NCBI GenBank assembly: GCA_965199715.1 | Contig: OZ241322.1 | Span: 1,920,001 to 1,984,000, forward strand | DNA length: 64,000 nucleotides | Reading direction: 5' to 3' | DNA from: Vicinamibacteria bacterium | GTDB taxonomy: Bacteria > Acidobacteriota > Vicinamibacteria > Marinacidobacterales > Marinacidobacteraceae | Shown here: piece after piece, positions 29,281 through 39,418 of the stretch | How positions within the stretch are numbered: position 1 is the first letter of the stretch | Layout: each line of letters opens with the position of its first letter | Translations under genes and position numbers: made by a program | Notes under the pieces: model-generated | What the model saw: only the letters and a program-made list of their open reading frames with translations | Databases searched by the model: none | What the model was told of the DNA's origin: nothing

Positions 29281-30698
29281 GAGATCACCTGTTCAAGGAT
29301 GCGGTCGGGATCGGACTCCCCGGTCCGGTCCTGCACGTCGCGGCTCCGCTCCAGGAGCCGCCCGATCTCCGGCCCGGGAGGAATGCGGCGGGCGACCAGA
29401 TGCCGCCCGAGCACGGCGTCCTTCGCGGCCGCCCGGAAGACTCCCGCCGCTTCGGCCTGTCGCCGGAACTCGTCTCCCTCGGGAAAGCGCCGGGACCGGG
29501 CGACCGGTGTGCCGCGGCCGAGCCGGTCGGCGGTGGAGAGCTCCAGCAGCAGCTCCAGCGTCAGGCCGGCCGCCTCCATTTCGCGGGCGAGGCGGCGGTA
29601 GGCCGCGGGTTTCGCGCCCTGACGGGGGAAGAGCGCCGGGGCGAGGTGCCGCCGGGTGAGCGCTTCCACCTGGTCCACGACGGCGCGGCGCGCGCGGAGC
29701 CGCTCGAGGAAGCCTCGCGCGACGCCGGCGCCGTGGGCGTCGTGCCCCCACGACCTGATCCGCCCGTCCTTCCGAGTCCGGGTGGTCGCCGGCTTGCCGA
29801 AGTCGTGGCAGAGCGCCGCGAATTGGAACGTCGCCCGCACTTCCGGAGCCACCGGCCGCTTCGCCGCCTCGTCGAGAACCATCAGGGTGTGGGTCAGCAC
29901 GTCCCCTTCGGGATGGTGCTCCGCGTCCTGCGGAACCCCGGCGAGCGCCGCGACCTCGGGCAGGAACCGCAGGAGGCCGCTGCTCTCGAGGAAGCGGAAC
30001 CCGGCGGACGGAGCGGGCGCGAGGAGCGTCTTCAGGAGCTCGTCGTGGATGCGCTCCCGACTCAGTTCGGAAGGGTCCAGCCCGGCGGCGAGCCGGGTCA
30101 GTTCCGCGTCCGCCCGGAACCCGAAGCGGGCGGCGAAGGCGGCCACGCGGAGCCCCCGCAGCGGGTCTTCGGGGAAGTGGACCGGGTCGGTGGCGCGCAT
30201 GATCCCGGCGGCGAGGTCGCGCTTGCCTCCGAACGGGTCGAGGAATTCGCCGGTGAGCGGATCCAGTCCCATGGCGTTCAGGGTCAGGTCGCGCCGGCGC
30301 GCCGCGTCCTTGAAAGTGAGGTGCGGATCCGCCACCGCCTCGAACCCGAGGTGGCCCGGGCCCACCTTGGACTCCCGCCGGGGAAGCGCGATCTCGACGG
30401 CGAGGGATCCGATCCGCAACACCGGGAACGCCCGCCCCACCCGGCGCGGCCGCCCGAGCGGGCCCAGCGCCCGTTCGATCAGCGGGGCGGTCAACCCGAA
30501 GACCTCGAGGTCGGGTTCGCCGGTCTCGTCCAGCCCGAGCATCCGGTCGCGCACGTAGCCGCCGACGATCAGCGCCCGCCCGCCGGCGCGGCGCACCAGC
30601 TCCGCCACAAGGCGCGCGTCGGCTTCGGCGCCGGCGGCGTCTTTGGGGATGGGTCCGACGGGATGGATCCGAAAGGCCGGCGCCGTCAGGACGCCCAC
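29277..30698 (-). CDS. cca: CCA tRNA nucleotidyltransferase / poly(A) polymerase family with HD domain
   Basis: VGGYVRD, RRDLTLNAM, DPFGG..DL, EDPLRGLR, HHPEGDV..HT, HDFGKP. Start approximate (GTG 30698). Confidence 0.85.
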   Translation of the reverse strand: MGVLTAPAFRIHPVGPIPKDAAGAEADARLVAELVRRAGGRALIVGGYVRDRMLGLDETGEPDLEVFGLTAPLIERALGPLGRPRRVGRAFPVLRIGSLAVEIALPRRESKVGPGHLGFEAVADPHLTFKDAARRRDLTLNAMGLDPLTGEFLDPFGGKRDLAAGIMRATDPVHFPEDPLRGLRVAAFAARFGFRADAELTRLAAGLDPSELSRERIHDELLKTLLAPAPSAGFRFLESSGLLRFLPEVAALAGVPQDAEHHPEGDVLTHTLMVLDEAAKRPVAPEVRATFQFAALCHDFGKPATTRTRKDGRIRSWGHDAHGAGVARGFLERLRARRAVVDQVEALTRRHLAPALFPRQGAKPAAYRRLAREMEAAGLTLELLLELSTADRLGRGTPVARSRRFPEGDEFRRQAEAAGVFRAAAKDAVLGRHLVARRIPPGPEIGRLLERSRDVQDRTGESDPDRILEQVIS

Positions 30699-31138
30699 CG
30701 CACCGGGTCGCCCACGCGGATCGCGCCGCCCTCGACGACCTCCCCGAACGCGCCGCCGCGCCACGCCGGCCGGAGCGTCTCCAGCAGCGCCGGAGCGACG
30801 TCGCCCATGCGGCTGCACGGCTTCGTCTCGCCGTGGATCCGGATGCGGGTCGCCCCGACCGCTAGCGTGCGCCCGAGCGTGTCGGCGAGCCGCACCCCGG
30901 AGACCAGCAGGTTCGCCCGCCGCGCCACGGGGCCGGCGTCGGGAATCCCCGCCTCCGCCGCCGCGTCCGACCAGCCCTCCCGGGCGAGGATCGTGACCTG
31001 CCGCTTGCCGTGCGCCGGAGCCGAGCCCTCAAGGCCGCCGCCCGCCATGAGGACGCCCTCGTCCTGCGGAATCATGGGAGTCCGGGGAGCGCCCTTGGCC
31101 CAAATGGCGAGAAGCTGGCCGGTTTCGGTCTCGGTCAT
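30686..31138 (-). CDS. MOSC domain protein
   Basis: RQVTIL, RRANLLVSG, ETKPCSRM (conserved Cys), GG.FGEVVEGG.IRVGD. Confidence 0.85.
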   Translation of the reverse strand: MTETETGQLLAIWAKGAPRTPMIPQDEGVLMAGGGLEGSAPAHGKRQVTILAREGWSDAAAEAGIPDAGPVARRANLLVSGVRLADTLGRTLAVGATRIRIHGETKPCSRMGDVAPALLETLRPAWRGGAFGEVVEGGAIRVGDPVRWAS

Positions 31139-31169
31139 CGGAACCGGAATCGTATCCTTCCGGCCCGTC

Positions 31170-32201
31170 ATGCGCACTGCGGTTCTGGTCTCCGGAGGCG
31201 TGGACAGCGCGGTGGCGCTCGCGCTCCTCGCCGAGGCCGGCGGTGCGGTCGAGGCCTTCTATCTGAAGGTCTGGCTGGAGGACGAGCTGCGCGGGATCGC
31301 CGACTGCCCGTGGGAGGAGGACCTCGGCTTCGCCCGCGCCGTCTGCGAGCGCGTCGGAGTCCCGCTGCGTGTGGTCGCGCTGCAGCAGGTCTATCGGACC
31401 CGGGTCGTGGACTACCTGCTGGGCGAGCTCCGCTCGGGCGGGACCCCGAGCCCGGATCTGCTTTGCAATTCGCGGGTGAAGTTCGGCGCGTTCCTCGACT
31501 GGCTGGACGAGGAGGCGCCCGGTTTCGACCGCGTCGGCTCCGGCCATTACGCCGAGATCGCCCGGGGGCCCGAACTGCGCCGCGCCGCCGACCCGGTGAA
31601 GGACCAGACCTACTTCCTCTCGCGGCTCACCGGGACCCAGCTCGCGCGGGCGGCGTTCCCGCTGGGACGGCTGCGCAAGTCCGAGGTGCGCCGCCGCGCC
31701 CGGGGCCTCGGCCTCCGCCCGCACGACCGGCCCGACAGCCAGGGGATCTGCTTTCTCGGCGGAGTCCGCTACCGGGACTTCGTGCGCGCCTCGCTCGGCG
31801 AGCGGCCGGGGCCGATCGTGGACGAGTCGAGCGGCGCGGCGCTGGGGCGGCACCCGGGCCACTGGTTCTTCACGATCGGCCAGCGCCGGGGGCTCGGCCT
31901 CTCCGGCGGGCCGTGGTACGTGAGCGGCATGGATCCGGACTCGGACCGCGTGTTCGTCCGCCGGGACGCCGCGCCGCCGGTCCGGCGGTTCGCCGTCGGG
32001 GACGTCCACTGGATCGGGGAGCCGGCCCGCCCCGGCGAACCGCTGCTGCTGCGCCTCCGCCACGGCCCGGAACTTCTGCGCGGTCGCCTCGAATCCGGCG
32101 AGGTCTTCCTCGACGAGCCGGACCCCGGCGTGGCCGCCGGGCAGTTCGCGGTGTTCTACCGGGGGGAGCGCTGCCTCGGTTCGGCGCGTATCCGGCGATA
32201 G
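31170..32201 (+). CDS. mnmA: tRNA 2-thiouridylase MnmA
   Basis: SGGVDS PP-loop, TPSPDLLCN..VKFG, GHYA, KDQTYFL, DSQGICF, FTIGQRRGLG, GQFAVFY. Confidence 0.95.
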   Translation: MRTAVLVSGGVDSAVALALLAEAGGAVEAFYLKVWLEDELRGIADCPWEEDLGFARAVCERVGVPLRVVALQQVYRTRVVDYLLGELRSGGTPSPDLLCNSRVKFGAFLDWLDEEAPGFDRVGSGHYAEIARGPELRRAADPVKDQTYFLSRLTGTQLARAAFPLGRLRKSEVRRRARGLGLRPHDRPDSQGICFLGGVRYRDFVRASLGERPGPIVDESSGAALGRHPGHWFFTIGQRRGLGLSGGPWYVSGMDPDSDRVFVRRDAAPPVRRFAVGDVHWIGEPARPGEPLLLRLRHGPELLRGRLESGEVFLDEPDPGVAAGQFAVFYRGERCLGSARIRR

Positions 32202-32213
32202 GTGGGCGGTAGG

Positions 32214-32798
32214 TCAGGCCGGGGTCCGGCAGACGAACACCGCCGCCGGCGGGAAGTTCGCCCACACCGTCTGGCGTCCCTCCACGGTCTCGAAGCGGGC
32301 CTTCAGCAGCCGCGCGAAGAGCGAGCGACGCCAGATCGGCAGCGCGTGGAGGTAGATGTAGAAGACGAGCCGTCCGCCCGGCTCGAGCACCTCGACGATG
32401 CTCTCGAGGAGCTCGCGCCGGCGGTCCTCGCGCAGGACCGACCACGGCAGGGTCGCGATCACGGTCCCGACCCGGGTCACGCCGCGCTCCTCGCAGATTT
32501 CGCGCAGGTTTCTCAGGTCCCCGACCACGACTTCGAGATCGGGCATCCGCTTCGAGAGCGCCGCCGCCAGCGTCGGGTTCAACTCAACCGCGAAGAACGT
32601 CCCCTCCTCGGGTTTTTCGGCGGCGAGGAACTCGGTGATCGCGCCGCTGCCGGGACCCGCCTCCACGACGGCGCTGCCGGGCGACCAGGGAACGCAGGCG
32701 GCCACGGCGCGTCCGAGCGCCGGGGAACTGGGCGCGAGCGCGCCGATTTCCCGGGGACGGGCGACGAACTCGCGCAGGAACCCGGCGTCTCCGGGCAT
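32214..32798 (-). CDS. PmtA-like phospholipid N-methyltransferase (class I SAM-dependent)
   Basis: FLREF...IGALAPSS, VVEAGPGSGAIT, and the C-terminal NFPPA signature. Confidence 0.82.
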   Translation of the reverse strand: MPGDAGFLREFVARPREIGALAPSSPALGRAVAACVPWSPGSAVVEAGPGSGAITEFLAAEKPEEGTFFAVELNPTLAAALSKRMPDLEVVVGDLRNLREICEERGVTRVGTVIATLPWSVLREDRRRELLESIVEVLEPGGRLVFYIYLHALPIWRRSLFARLLKARFETVEGRQTVWANFPPAAVFVCRTPA

Positions 32799-33313
32799 CA
32801 GCGGACCGGGGCGCGCCGGGCGGTGAGCCGCCCGGTCGAAAAGCCGAGCCAGTGGAGCCGGCCGAAATGCCGCGCGTGCTCGACCTTCATGCAGCGGTCC
32901 ATGACGACCTCGAGGCCGAGCTCCCGCGCCCGTTCGGCCGCCTCCCGGTGGACCACGCCGTACTGGGTCCACAGGGACTTCGCCTTGCCGGCGGCCTCCT
33001 CGACAATCCCGGGGACCGCCGCCGGCGCCCGAAAGACGTTCACCACGTCCACCGGCTCGGGAATCGCGGCGACGCTCGGCCACGAGCGCTCCCCGAGGAT
33101 TTCAGGGGCTCGGGGGTTCACCGGCACGATCCGGTATCCGTTGCGCTGGAGGTAGAACGCGACGAAGTAGCTGGCGCGCAGCTCCTTCGGCGAGAGGCCG
33201 ACCACAGCCACCGTCCGGGCGGAGCCGAGCACCTCGCGGATCGTCGCGGGATTCTGGAAGGCGGCGAAGTCCGGCGCGGCCGCCGGCAGCTCGCACTGGG
33301 TCAGATCGGACAT
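32798..33313 (-). CDS. CoA-binding protein (YccU-like)
   Basis: AVVGLS....RAS..V..YLQ..GY.IVPVNP, VDVVNVFR, VVMDRCMKVEH. Confidence 0.9.
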   Translation of the reverse strand: MSDLTQCELPAAAPDFAAFQNPATIREVLGSARTVAVVGLSPKELRASYFVAFYLQRNGYRIVPVNPRAPEILGERSWPSVAAIPEPVDVVNVFRAPAAVPGIVEEAAGKAKSLWTQYGVVHREAAERARELGLEVVMDRCMKVEHARHFGRLHWLGFSTGRLTARRAPVR

Positions 33314-34608
33314 GCGGCGGGTTCTCCGGACGGCGCAGCCTGCAGGCCGTTTTCGAGATCGGCGATGAGGTCGTCGGGATCCTCGACGCCGACCGAGAGC
33401 CGGATCGTTCCCGGGCCGATCCCGGCTCCCGCCAGCTCCCCGTCGTCGAGCTGGCGGTGGGTCGTGCTCGCCGGGTGGATGACGAGGCTCTTCGCGTCGC
33501 CGACGTTCGCGAGGTGCGAGAAGAGCTCCAGCGCCCGGATGAGGCGGACTCCCGCCTCCCGGCCGCCGGCGAGGTCGAACGAGAACACCGATCCCGCGCC
33601 CTTGGGGAGATAGCGGGCGACGAGCGGCGCATAGCGGCTGCCCGGAAGGCCCGGGTGCGCCACCGAAGTCACCTCCGGGCGCTCGCTCAGGAACTGGGCC
33701 ACGAGCAGCGCGTTCGCCGCGTGCCGCTCCATCCGCAGCGGCAGCGTCTCGATCCCGGTGAGGAAGAGGAAGGCGTTGAACGGGGACAGGCAGGCGCCGA
33801 GGTCGCGCAGCGTCTCCGCCCGCAGCTTCATCAGGAACGCGTACTCGCCGAAGGTGCCGTGGAAGGGGAGGCCGTGGTAGGCGGGCGAGGGCTCCACGAG
33901 CCCCGGGAACCCTCCGTTGTCCCACGGGAACCGCCCCGAATCCACCACGACCCCGCCGATGCTGTTCCCGTGGCCGCCGAGGAACTTCGTGGCCGAGTGG
34001 ATCACGACGTCCGCGCCCCACTCGAGCGGCCGGCACAGCGCCGGGCTCGCGAAGGTGTTATCGACGACGAGCGGGACGCCGCGCCGCCGGGCCACTCCCG
34101 CGACCGCCTCGATGTCGAGGACGTTGCCGCCCGGGTTGCCGATCGTCTCGCCGAAGAAGAGGCGGGTGGAGTCGGTCGCGGCCTCGTCCCAGCGGGAAGG
34201 CTCGTCCGGGTCCACGAAGCTGACCGACAGCGAGAGCTTGCGCGAGAGGTGGCGAAGCTGGGCGAGCGTGCCGCCGTAGAGCGCCCGCGAGGCCACGATG
34301 TGGTCGCCGGGGTTCAGCAGCGTGAAGAAGGTCGCCGCCTGCGCCGACAGCCCCGACGCGAAGCCCACCGCGCCGAGTCCGCCCTCGAGGTTCGCGACGC
34401 GCTCCTCGAACGCGGCCACGGTCGGGTTCATGATGCGGGAGTACGTGTTCCCGTACTCCTGCAAGTTGAAGTACGCCGCCGCCGCGTCGGGATCCTCGAA
34501 GACGTAGCTCGCCGTCTGGAAGATGGGGACGGCGCGGGCGCCGGTGTAGGGATCCGGGCGCGCCCCCGCGTGCACCGCGCGGGTCCCGAGGCCGTATTCG
34601 CGAGGCAT
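33301..34608 (-). CDS. metY: O-acetylhomoserine aminocarboxypropyltransferase (sulfhydrylase)
   Basis: PIFQTASYVF, YSRIMNPT, VDNTF, HSATKFLGGHG, HLANVGDAKSLVIHPASTTH. Confidence 0.93.
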   Translation of the reverse strand: MPREYGLGTRAVHAGARPDPYTGARAVPIFQTASYVFEDPDAAAAYFNLQEYGNTYSRIMNPTVAAFEERVANLEGGLGAVGFASGLSAQAATFFTLLNPGDHIVASRALYGGTLAQLRHLSRKLSLSVSFVDPDEPSRWDEAATDSTRLFFGETIGNPGGNVLDIEAVAGVARRRGVPLVVDNTFASPALCRPLEWGADVVIHSATKFLGGHGNSIGGVVVDSGRFPWDNGGFPGLVEPSPAYHGLPFHGTFGEYAFLMKLRAETLRDLGACLSPFNAFLFLTGIETLPLRMERHAANALLVAQFLSERPEVTSVAHPGLPGSRYAPLVARYLPKGAGSVFSFDLAGGREAGVRLIRALELFSHLANVGDAKSLVIHPASTTHRQLDDGELAGAGIGPGTIRLSVGVEDPDDLIADLENGLQAAPSGEPAACPI

Positions 34609-34621
34609 TCCGGCAGGAAGG

Positions 34622-35752
34622 TTACTCGTCGAGAAACCGGCGGATTCGCGGCGTCATGCGCTCGGTCTCCAGCAGGAACGAATCGTGCCCGTAGGTCGTC
34701 TCGATGCGCTCGTGCGCGACCGCCCGCCCGGCGGCCCGAAGCGCCCGCGCGATCCGCTCGGAATCGCCGGGCGGATACAGCCAGTCGGACGAGAACGACA
34801 GCAGCAGCGTCCGGCAGCGGAACCGCCGCGCGGCCTCGACGAGATCCCCGCCCCCGTGGCGGGCGGCGAGGTCGAAGCGGGTCAGCGCCCGCGAGAGCAG
34901 CAGGAAGGCGTTCGGGTCGAAGCGCCGGGTGAACTTCGCCGCCTGATGGCGCAGGTAGGACTCGACCTGGAACTCGTCGCCGTCCTGGAGCCGCCGCCCG
35001 AACTTGGCCTCCATCCCCTCGCGCGACAGGTAGGTCACGTGCCCGACCATCCGGGCCACACCGAGTCCGCCGAGGGGCGGCGCCGAGGCCGGGTAGCGTC
35101 CGCCCTCCCAGTCGGGGTCGGCGGCGATGGCGTTCCGGCCGATGGCGTTCCAGCCGATTCCCTGCGCCGAGAGCGCGGCGGTGCTCGCGATGGGAACGAT
35201 CGCGGCGACCTCGTCGGGATGCCGGGCCGCCCATTCGAGCGCCTGCATCCCGCCGAGCGAACCCCCGGCGACCGCCGCGAGCCGAGAGGCGCCGAGCTCT
35301 CGAAGCCCGGCCCGCATGGCCTCGACAAGATCCCCGACGCTCACCTGCGGGAAGTCCGGTCCCCACGGCTCCCCCGCCGGTCCCGGGCTCCCCGGCCCGG
35401 TGGTGCCGCCGCAGCCTCCCAGGAGGCTCATGCAGACCACGAGGAACCGCTCGGTGTCGAACGACTTCCCCGGGCCGATCATGGCGTCCCACCAGCCGAT
35501 TCCGGCGGCGGCGCCGGCGAAACCGAAGCCGTCCACGGCGGGCTCCCCCGCTCCCCCGAATCCGGCCGCGTGCGCGTCGGCCGAGAGCGCCGGACAGACG
35601 AGGACGACGTTGTCCCGCGCCGCGTTCATCTCGCCCCACGTCTCGCAGGCGATCTCGATCTCCGGCAGCTCCCTTCCGTTCTCGAGCCGGAACGGCCCCG
35701 GCGGGCGCAGGCGCAGCCGCCGGTGGGGAGCGGCGTCGCCGGCCGTCGTCAC
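34622..35752 (-). CDS. metX: Homoserine O-acetyltransferase
   Basis: ETWG.MN..RDN.VLVC, GWWDAMIGPGK, GGSLGGMQ nucleophile elbow, D.LYP, GHDSFL. GTG start overlaps the upstream stop. Confidence 0.92.
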   Translation of the reverse strand: MTTAGDAAPHRRLRLRPPGPFRLENGRELPEIEIACETWGEMNAARDNVVLVCPALSADAHAAGFGGAGEPAVDGFGFAGAAAGIGWWDAMIGPGKSFDTERFLVVCMSLLGGCGGTTGPGSPGPAGEPWGPDFPQVSVGDLVEAMRAGLRELGASRLAAVAGGSLGGMQALEWAARHPDEVAAIVPIASTAALSAQGIGWNAIGRNAIAADPDWEGGRYPASAPPLGGLGVARMVGHVTYLSREGMEAKFGRRLQDGDEFQVESYLRHQAAKFTRRFDPNAFLLLSRALTRFDLAARHGGGDLVEAARRFRCRTLLLSFSSDWLYPPGDSERIARALRAAGRAVAHERIETTYGHDSFLLETERMTPRIRRFLDE

Positions 35753-36501
35753 GTCCGCAGCCACAGCGCCGCCGCGAACGCGCAGGTGACGAGGCCGACG
35801 ATCCACCGCAGCGCCGTCTCGCCGGCGCGCAGCGTCACCCGCACGCCGAGGAGCGCTCCGGCGAACGTGCCCGCGCCGAGCGCGAGCCCGGCCCCCCATT
35901 CGACGGCTCCGGCGCTCGCGAAGACCGCGAGCGAGAGCACGGAGAAGAGCAGGATGCACGCGACCTTGATCGCGTTGCCGGCGACGAGGCCGAGCCCGGC
36001 GCGCGAGGTGATCGCGAGCGAGAGGAACCCGACCCCGGCCTGGACGAAGCCGCCGTAGAACCCCACCACGAGGAATCCGCCGAGGAGCGCCGGGCCGACC
36101 CGCAGCGCCGCGCCGTCCGCGTCCGGCGGCGTCGTCCACCGGGTGAGCAACTGGACGAGCGTCAGGACCACCATCACCACTGCGAGCGAGCGCAGGAAGG
36201 TCGTCTCGCCGACCCGGATCGCGAGCGCGCTGCCGAACCCGGCGCCGAGCGCGGCGGCGAGGCCGATCCCGGCGAGCTGGCGCAGCGGCGTCCGCCCGGA
36301 GCGCACGAAGGAGGCGGTCGCGCCGCAGCTCTGGATCAGGATCGCGAGCCGGTTCGTCCCGTTGGCCACGTCGTGCGGCAGCCCGAGGAAGATGAGCGTG
36401 GGGAGCGTGAGGAACGAGCCGCCCCCGGCGACGGTGTTCAGGAATCCGGCGACGACCCCCACCGGAACCAGCAGGAGCGCCGCGACGAGCGGTTCAGCGA
36501 T
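35749..36501 (-). CDS. Sulfite exporter TauE/SafE (TSUP) family membrane protein
   Basis: [33 protein letters not shown]; multiple TM segments. First canonical start is GTG 36462, but the frame and first TM helix extend to ATC 36501. Confidence 0.88.
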   Translation of the reverse strand: MAEPLVAALLLVPVGVVAGFLNTVAGGGSFLTLPTLIFLGLPHDVANGTNRLAILIQSCGATASFVRSGRTPLRQLAGIGLAAALGAGFGSALAIRVGETTFLRSLAVVMVVLTLVQLLTRWTTPPDADGAALRVGPALLGGFLVVGFYGGFVQAGVGFLSLAITSRAGLGLVAGNAIKVACILLFSVLSLAVFASAGAVEWGAGLALGAGTFAGALLGVRVTLRAGETALRWIVGLVTCAFAAALWLRT

Positions 36502-36913
36502 CGCCGTCGCCCTCCCCGGACTCGAAGTCGAGCGAGGCCGAGTTGATGCACCACCGCTCGCCCGTCTCGTCCGGCGGACCGTCGGGGAACACGTGCCCGA
36601 GGTGCGCCCCGCAGCGGTCGCACTGCGCCTCGGTGCGGATCATGCCGAAGCTCGTGTCGAGCGAGGCGCGGATAGGCGCCGCCTCCGCCGGTCGGGTGAA
36701 GCTCGGCCAGCCGCATCCCGAGTCGAACTTGTCTTGCGAGGCGAAGAGAACCTCGCCGCAGCACACGCACCGGTAGTCGCCTTCGGCCTTGTTGCCGAGC
36801 CACTTCCCGGTGAAGGGCCGCTCGGTGCCGCCGCGCCGGGCCACCTCGTACTGCGTCGGGGTCAGCTTCTCGCGCCACTCGGCGTCGGACCGGACGACCC
36901 TCGGCTTCTTCAC
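36494..36913 (-). CDS. msrB: Peptide-methionine (R)-S-oxide reductase MsrB
   Basis: GTERPFTG, CxxC pairs, [27 protein letters not shown]. Confidence 0.95.
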   Translation of the reverse strand: MKKPRVVRSDAEWREKLTPTQYEVARRGGTERPFTGKWLGNKAEGDYRCVCCGEVLFASQDKFDSGCGWPSFTRPAEAAPIRASLDTSFGMIRTEAQCDRCGAHLGHVFPDGPPDETGERWCINSASLDFESGEGDGDR

Positions 36914-37089
36914 GAGGCGATCCAGTCCCGGACGACGATGAGCACCCAGAAGAGGACCATCGCCACCACCAGCGCCCGCCCGAATTCGCGCACCTTGCCC
37001 ATCAGTCGCCGCTTGCGCTCCGCCGGAGCGAGCGCGTAGGCCGCGCCCGCGATGAGCAGGACGATCGCCGCGTTGCGAAAGCGCAGCAC
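36910..37089 (-). CDS. Small (59 aa) two-helix membrane protein, absent from the ORF track
   Basis: [59 protein letters not shown] exactly fills the gap. Its TGA overlaps the msrB GTG and codon usage is GC3-rich. Confidence 0.7.
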   Translation of the reverse strand: MLRFRNAAIVLLIAGAAYALAPAERKRRLMGKVREFGRALVVAMVLFWVLIVVRDWIAS

Positions 37090-37092
37090 GCC

Positions 37093-38160
37093 TCACCGCC
37101 CGGGGTCGAAGCGGACCGCGTACACCGGCGGAAGCTCGGCCGTGACCAGATCCCACGAGTCGCCGAGATCCTCCGAAATCCACAGCGCGCCGGTCGTCGT
37201 GCCCATGGCCAGCACCGGGCCGTCCGGGTGCGCTTCGAAGCCGTGCCGATAGACCACGGCGAAGGAATGCTCCTGCGGGAGTCCCCGACCCCCGGCGGTC
37301 CACGACTCGCCGCCGTCCCGGGTGCGGGCCACGACCATGCGCCCGTCCTTCGGAATCCGGTGCTCGTCCTTCACCAGGGGAACGGCCCACGCCGTGTCGG
37401 CGTCGCCCGGATGCGCCTCCACGGCGAACCCGAAGGACGACGGCGGAAGGTCGAGGCTGGTCCAGGTCGCGCCGGCGTCGTTCGAGCGGAAGAAGCCGCT
37501 GTGGTGCTGGCACCACAGGCGCGCGGGGTCGGCGGGGCTGCGGGCGATCCGGTGCGGATCCTGGATGTTCGGATCCTCGCGGCGATCCGGCGGCATGTAC
37601 TCCGCGAACATTCCCTTGGTCGAGACGCGGAAGGAAGCCCCGCCGTCCTCGCTGATCCAGACCCCGCCGCACGAGACCGCGGCGAGGATGCGTCCCTTGT
37701 CGGGGCCGACGAGGACCGTGTGGATTCCCGGCTCGTCGTACCCGCCGCCGAACCAGTCCTTGCGCGCCGGCGCGTTCCACAGCGCTTCGTTGAGCGACCA
37801 CGAGGCGCCGCCGTCGGCGGAGTGGAACAGCGCCCCGGGAATCGTTCCCATGAGCAGGCTTCCCGGCGCCTCGCCCGCCTCGAGGCACCATAGCAGGCTC
37901 ACCGAGGGGCCGTCCCCGCCCTCGGCCGGGAAGGCCGGCGCGGGAAGCTCGCGAAACGAGCGGCCCCCGTCCTCCGAGACCCGCAGTTTCGCGCCGAAAT
38001 GCCCGAGATCGAGCGCCGCGTAGAGCCGGCCGTCGCGTTCGTCGGGGAGGATCTGGCTCACCGGGTCGCCGAGGAACGCGGTCGTCCGGACGCGCCAGTC
38101 GGCCTTTCCGGCGCGCTCGAACCCGAGATACCCCTTGCGGGTCGCGACGTGGAGAAACAT
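37093..38160 (-). CDS. BNR/Asp-box beta-propeller protein (sialidase-like fold)
   Basis: VATRKG start; repeated SxDGGxSW/F Asp boxes; QHHSGFFRS. Confidence 0.85.
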   Translation of the reverse strand: MFLHVATRKGYLGFERAGKADWRVRTTAFLGDPVSQILPDERDGRLYAALDLGHFGAKLRVSEDGGRSFRELPAPAFPAEGGDGPSVSLLWCLEAGEAPGSLLMGTIPGALFHSADGGASWSLNEALWNAPARKDWFGGGYDEPGIHTVLVGPDKGRILAAVSCGGVWISEDGGASFRVSTKGMFAEYMPPDRREDPNIQDPHRIARSPADPARLWCQHHSGFFRSNDAGATWTSLDLPPSSFGFAVEAHPGDADTAWAVPLVKDEHRIPKDGRMVVARTRDGGESWTAGGRGLPQEHSFAVVYRHGFEAHPDGPVLAMGTTTGALWISEDLGDSWDLVTAELPPVYAVRFDPGR

Positions 38161-38163
38161 CCG

Positions 38164-38433
38164 TCACCCTCCCGAGAGCGCTTGCATCACGTGGACCTCG
38201 GATCCGCCGGCGACGGCGTCGCCGAGCCGGACCCGGTCGCGGACCGGATTTCCGTCCACGTACACGGCGACGTGGGCGCGCAGCCGGCCTTGGTCATCGA
38301 CTACGTAGGAGCGGACCTGGGGGTTCGCCTCGAAGACGCCCTCGAGCGTCTCGCGCAGCGTTCCCGGCGGCGCGTCCATGCTCGCGGCGTCGAGGTGCCG
38401 CCGAAGGTTCGGCGTGAAGTGGACCCGCGCCAC
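38164..38433 (-). CDS. MoaD/ThiS family ubiquitin-like protein
   Basis: 89 aa beta-grasp pattern ([16 protein letters not shown]) ending QALSGG. Confidence 0.9.
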   Translation of the reverse strand: MARVHFTPNLRRHLDAASMDAPPGTLRETLEGVFEANPQVRSYVVDDQGRLRAHVAVYVDGNPVRDRVRLGDAVAGGSEVHVMQALSGG

Positions 38434-38441
38434 CGGACCGC

Positions 38442-39296
38442 TCAGAGCCGCGCCCGCAGCCGCAGGTGCTCGACCAGGGGCGCGAGCGCGGCCTGGATGC
38501 GGCGCTGGTTGTCGGGGCCGAAGCGGACCAGATGCTTGCTCGCCGGATCGAGCGCCTCGATCTCCGCCTCGGCGAACTCGTAGCGCAGCGTCTCCTGCCG
38601 GAGCAGGATGGGCGACTGCGGCACCGGCGCGGTCAGCAGGCGCTCGAGCGCCAGCAGCAGCGCCTCGGCGAAGCCCCGGTCGGGTCGGCCCAGCTCGGCG
38701 TAGGCCCGCTCGAGCAGGGGCATCAGATCGTCGAGCGTCGTCGCAACCAGCGCGATGTCGGCTTCGGCGATGACCGCGGTCACGCCGTCGTAGCGGGCGA
38801 AGCTGGCCGGGTCCACCTCGACCCCCGCCTCGGTGGCGCGGGTCTCGAACATTCCGTCCGGCGCGAGGCGCGAGAGCGCGCGGCGGGGACTCACGCCGTC
38901 GGCGACGTTGTCGGTGGCGATCGCGACCCGCCGCGCGATCTCGTCGGTCCGGAGCCAGCCGAGGCCCTCCGAACCGGTCATCAGCGCCTCCAGCAGGGTA
39001 CGCAGCAGGCCGTCGCTCTCGTCGAGCGCCGGAAGCGCCGGCCCCGGATCCTCCGGCGCGGCCTCGGCCACGGGCTCGGAAGGCGGCGCGGGCCCCGCCC
39101 GAGTCCCGAATCCCGGCCCCAGCACGAACCATCCGGCGACCGCGGCGACCGCCAGAAGCGCGACCCCGATCCAGATTCCCCGCCGTCCCGAGGAGGAGTC
39201 CCCGCCGGGCGCCCCCAGCCCAGCGGGATCCGGAACCTTCTCCGCGGATTCCACCGGCTCCCAAACATCCGACGAGTCGCCCGAGAACGCCGCCAT
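38442..39296 (-). CDS. DUF3014-like membrane-anchored protein
   Basis: Single TM, Pro-rich linker, LPALDESD, SFARYD, PLLERAYAELG, YEFA...EAL....KHLVRFGPDN. Confidence 0.78.
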   Translation of the reverse strand: MAAFSGDSSDVWEPVESAEKVPDPAGLGAPGGDSSSGRRGIWIGVALLAVAAVAGWFVLGPGFGTRAGPAPPSEPVAEAAPEDPGPALPALDESDGLLRTLLEALMTGSEGLGWLRTDEIARRVAIATDNVADGVSPRRALSRLAPDGMFETRATEAGVEVDPASFARYDGVTAVIAEADIALVATTLDDLMPLLERAYAELGRPDRGFAEALLLALERLLTAPVPQSPILLRQETLRYEFAEAEIEALDPASKHLVRFGPDNQRRIQAALAPLVEHLRLRARL

Positions 39297-39418
39297 GACG
39301 GCCAGTATATCGGCCGCCGAGGCCTCGCCCGCCCCGGTTCGCATCCCGCCCGGAACTGGGTACACTCCGCGAATTCCGTGCGCCTCGCCCCGGTCAGGCG
39401 CACCGGGGAATCGCATTC

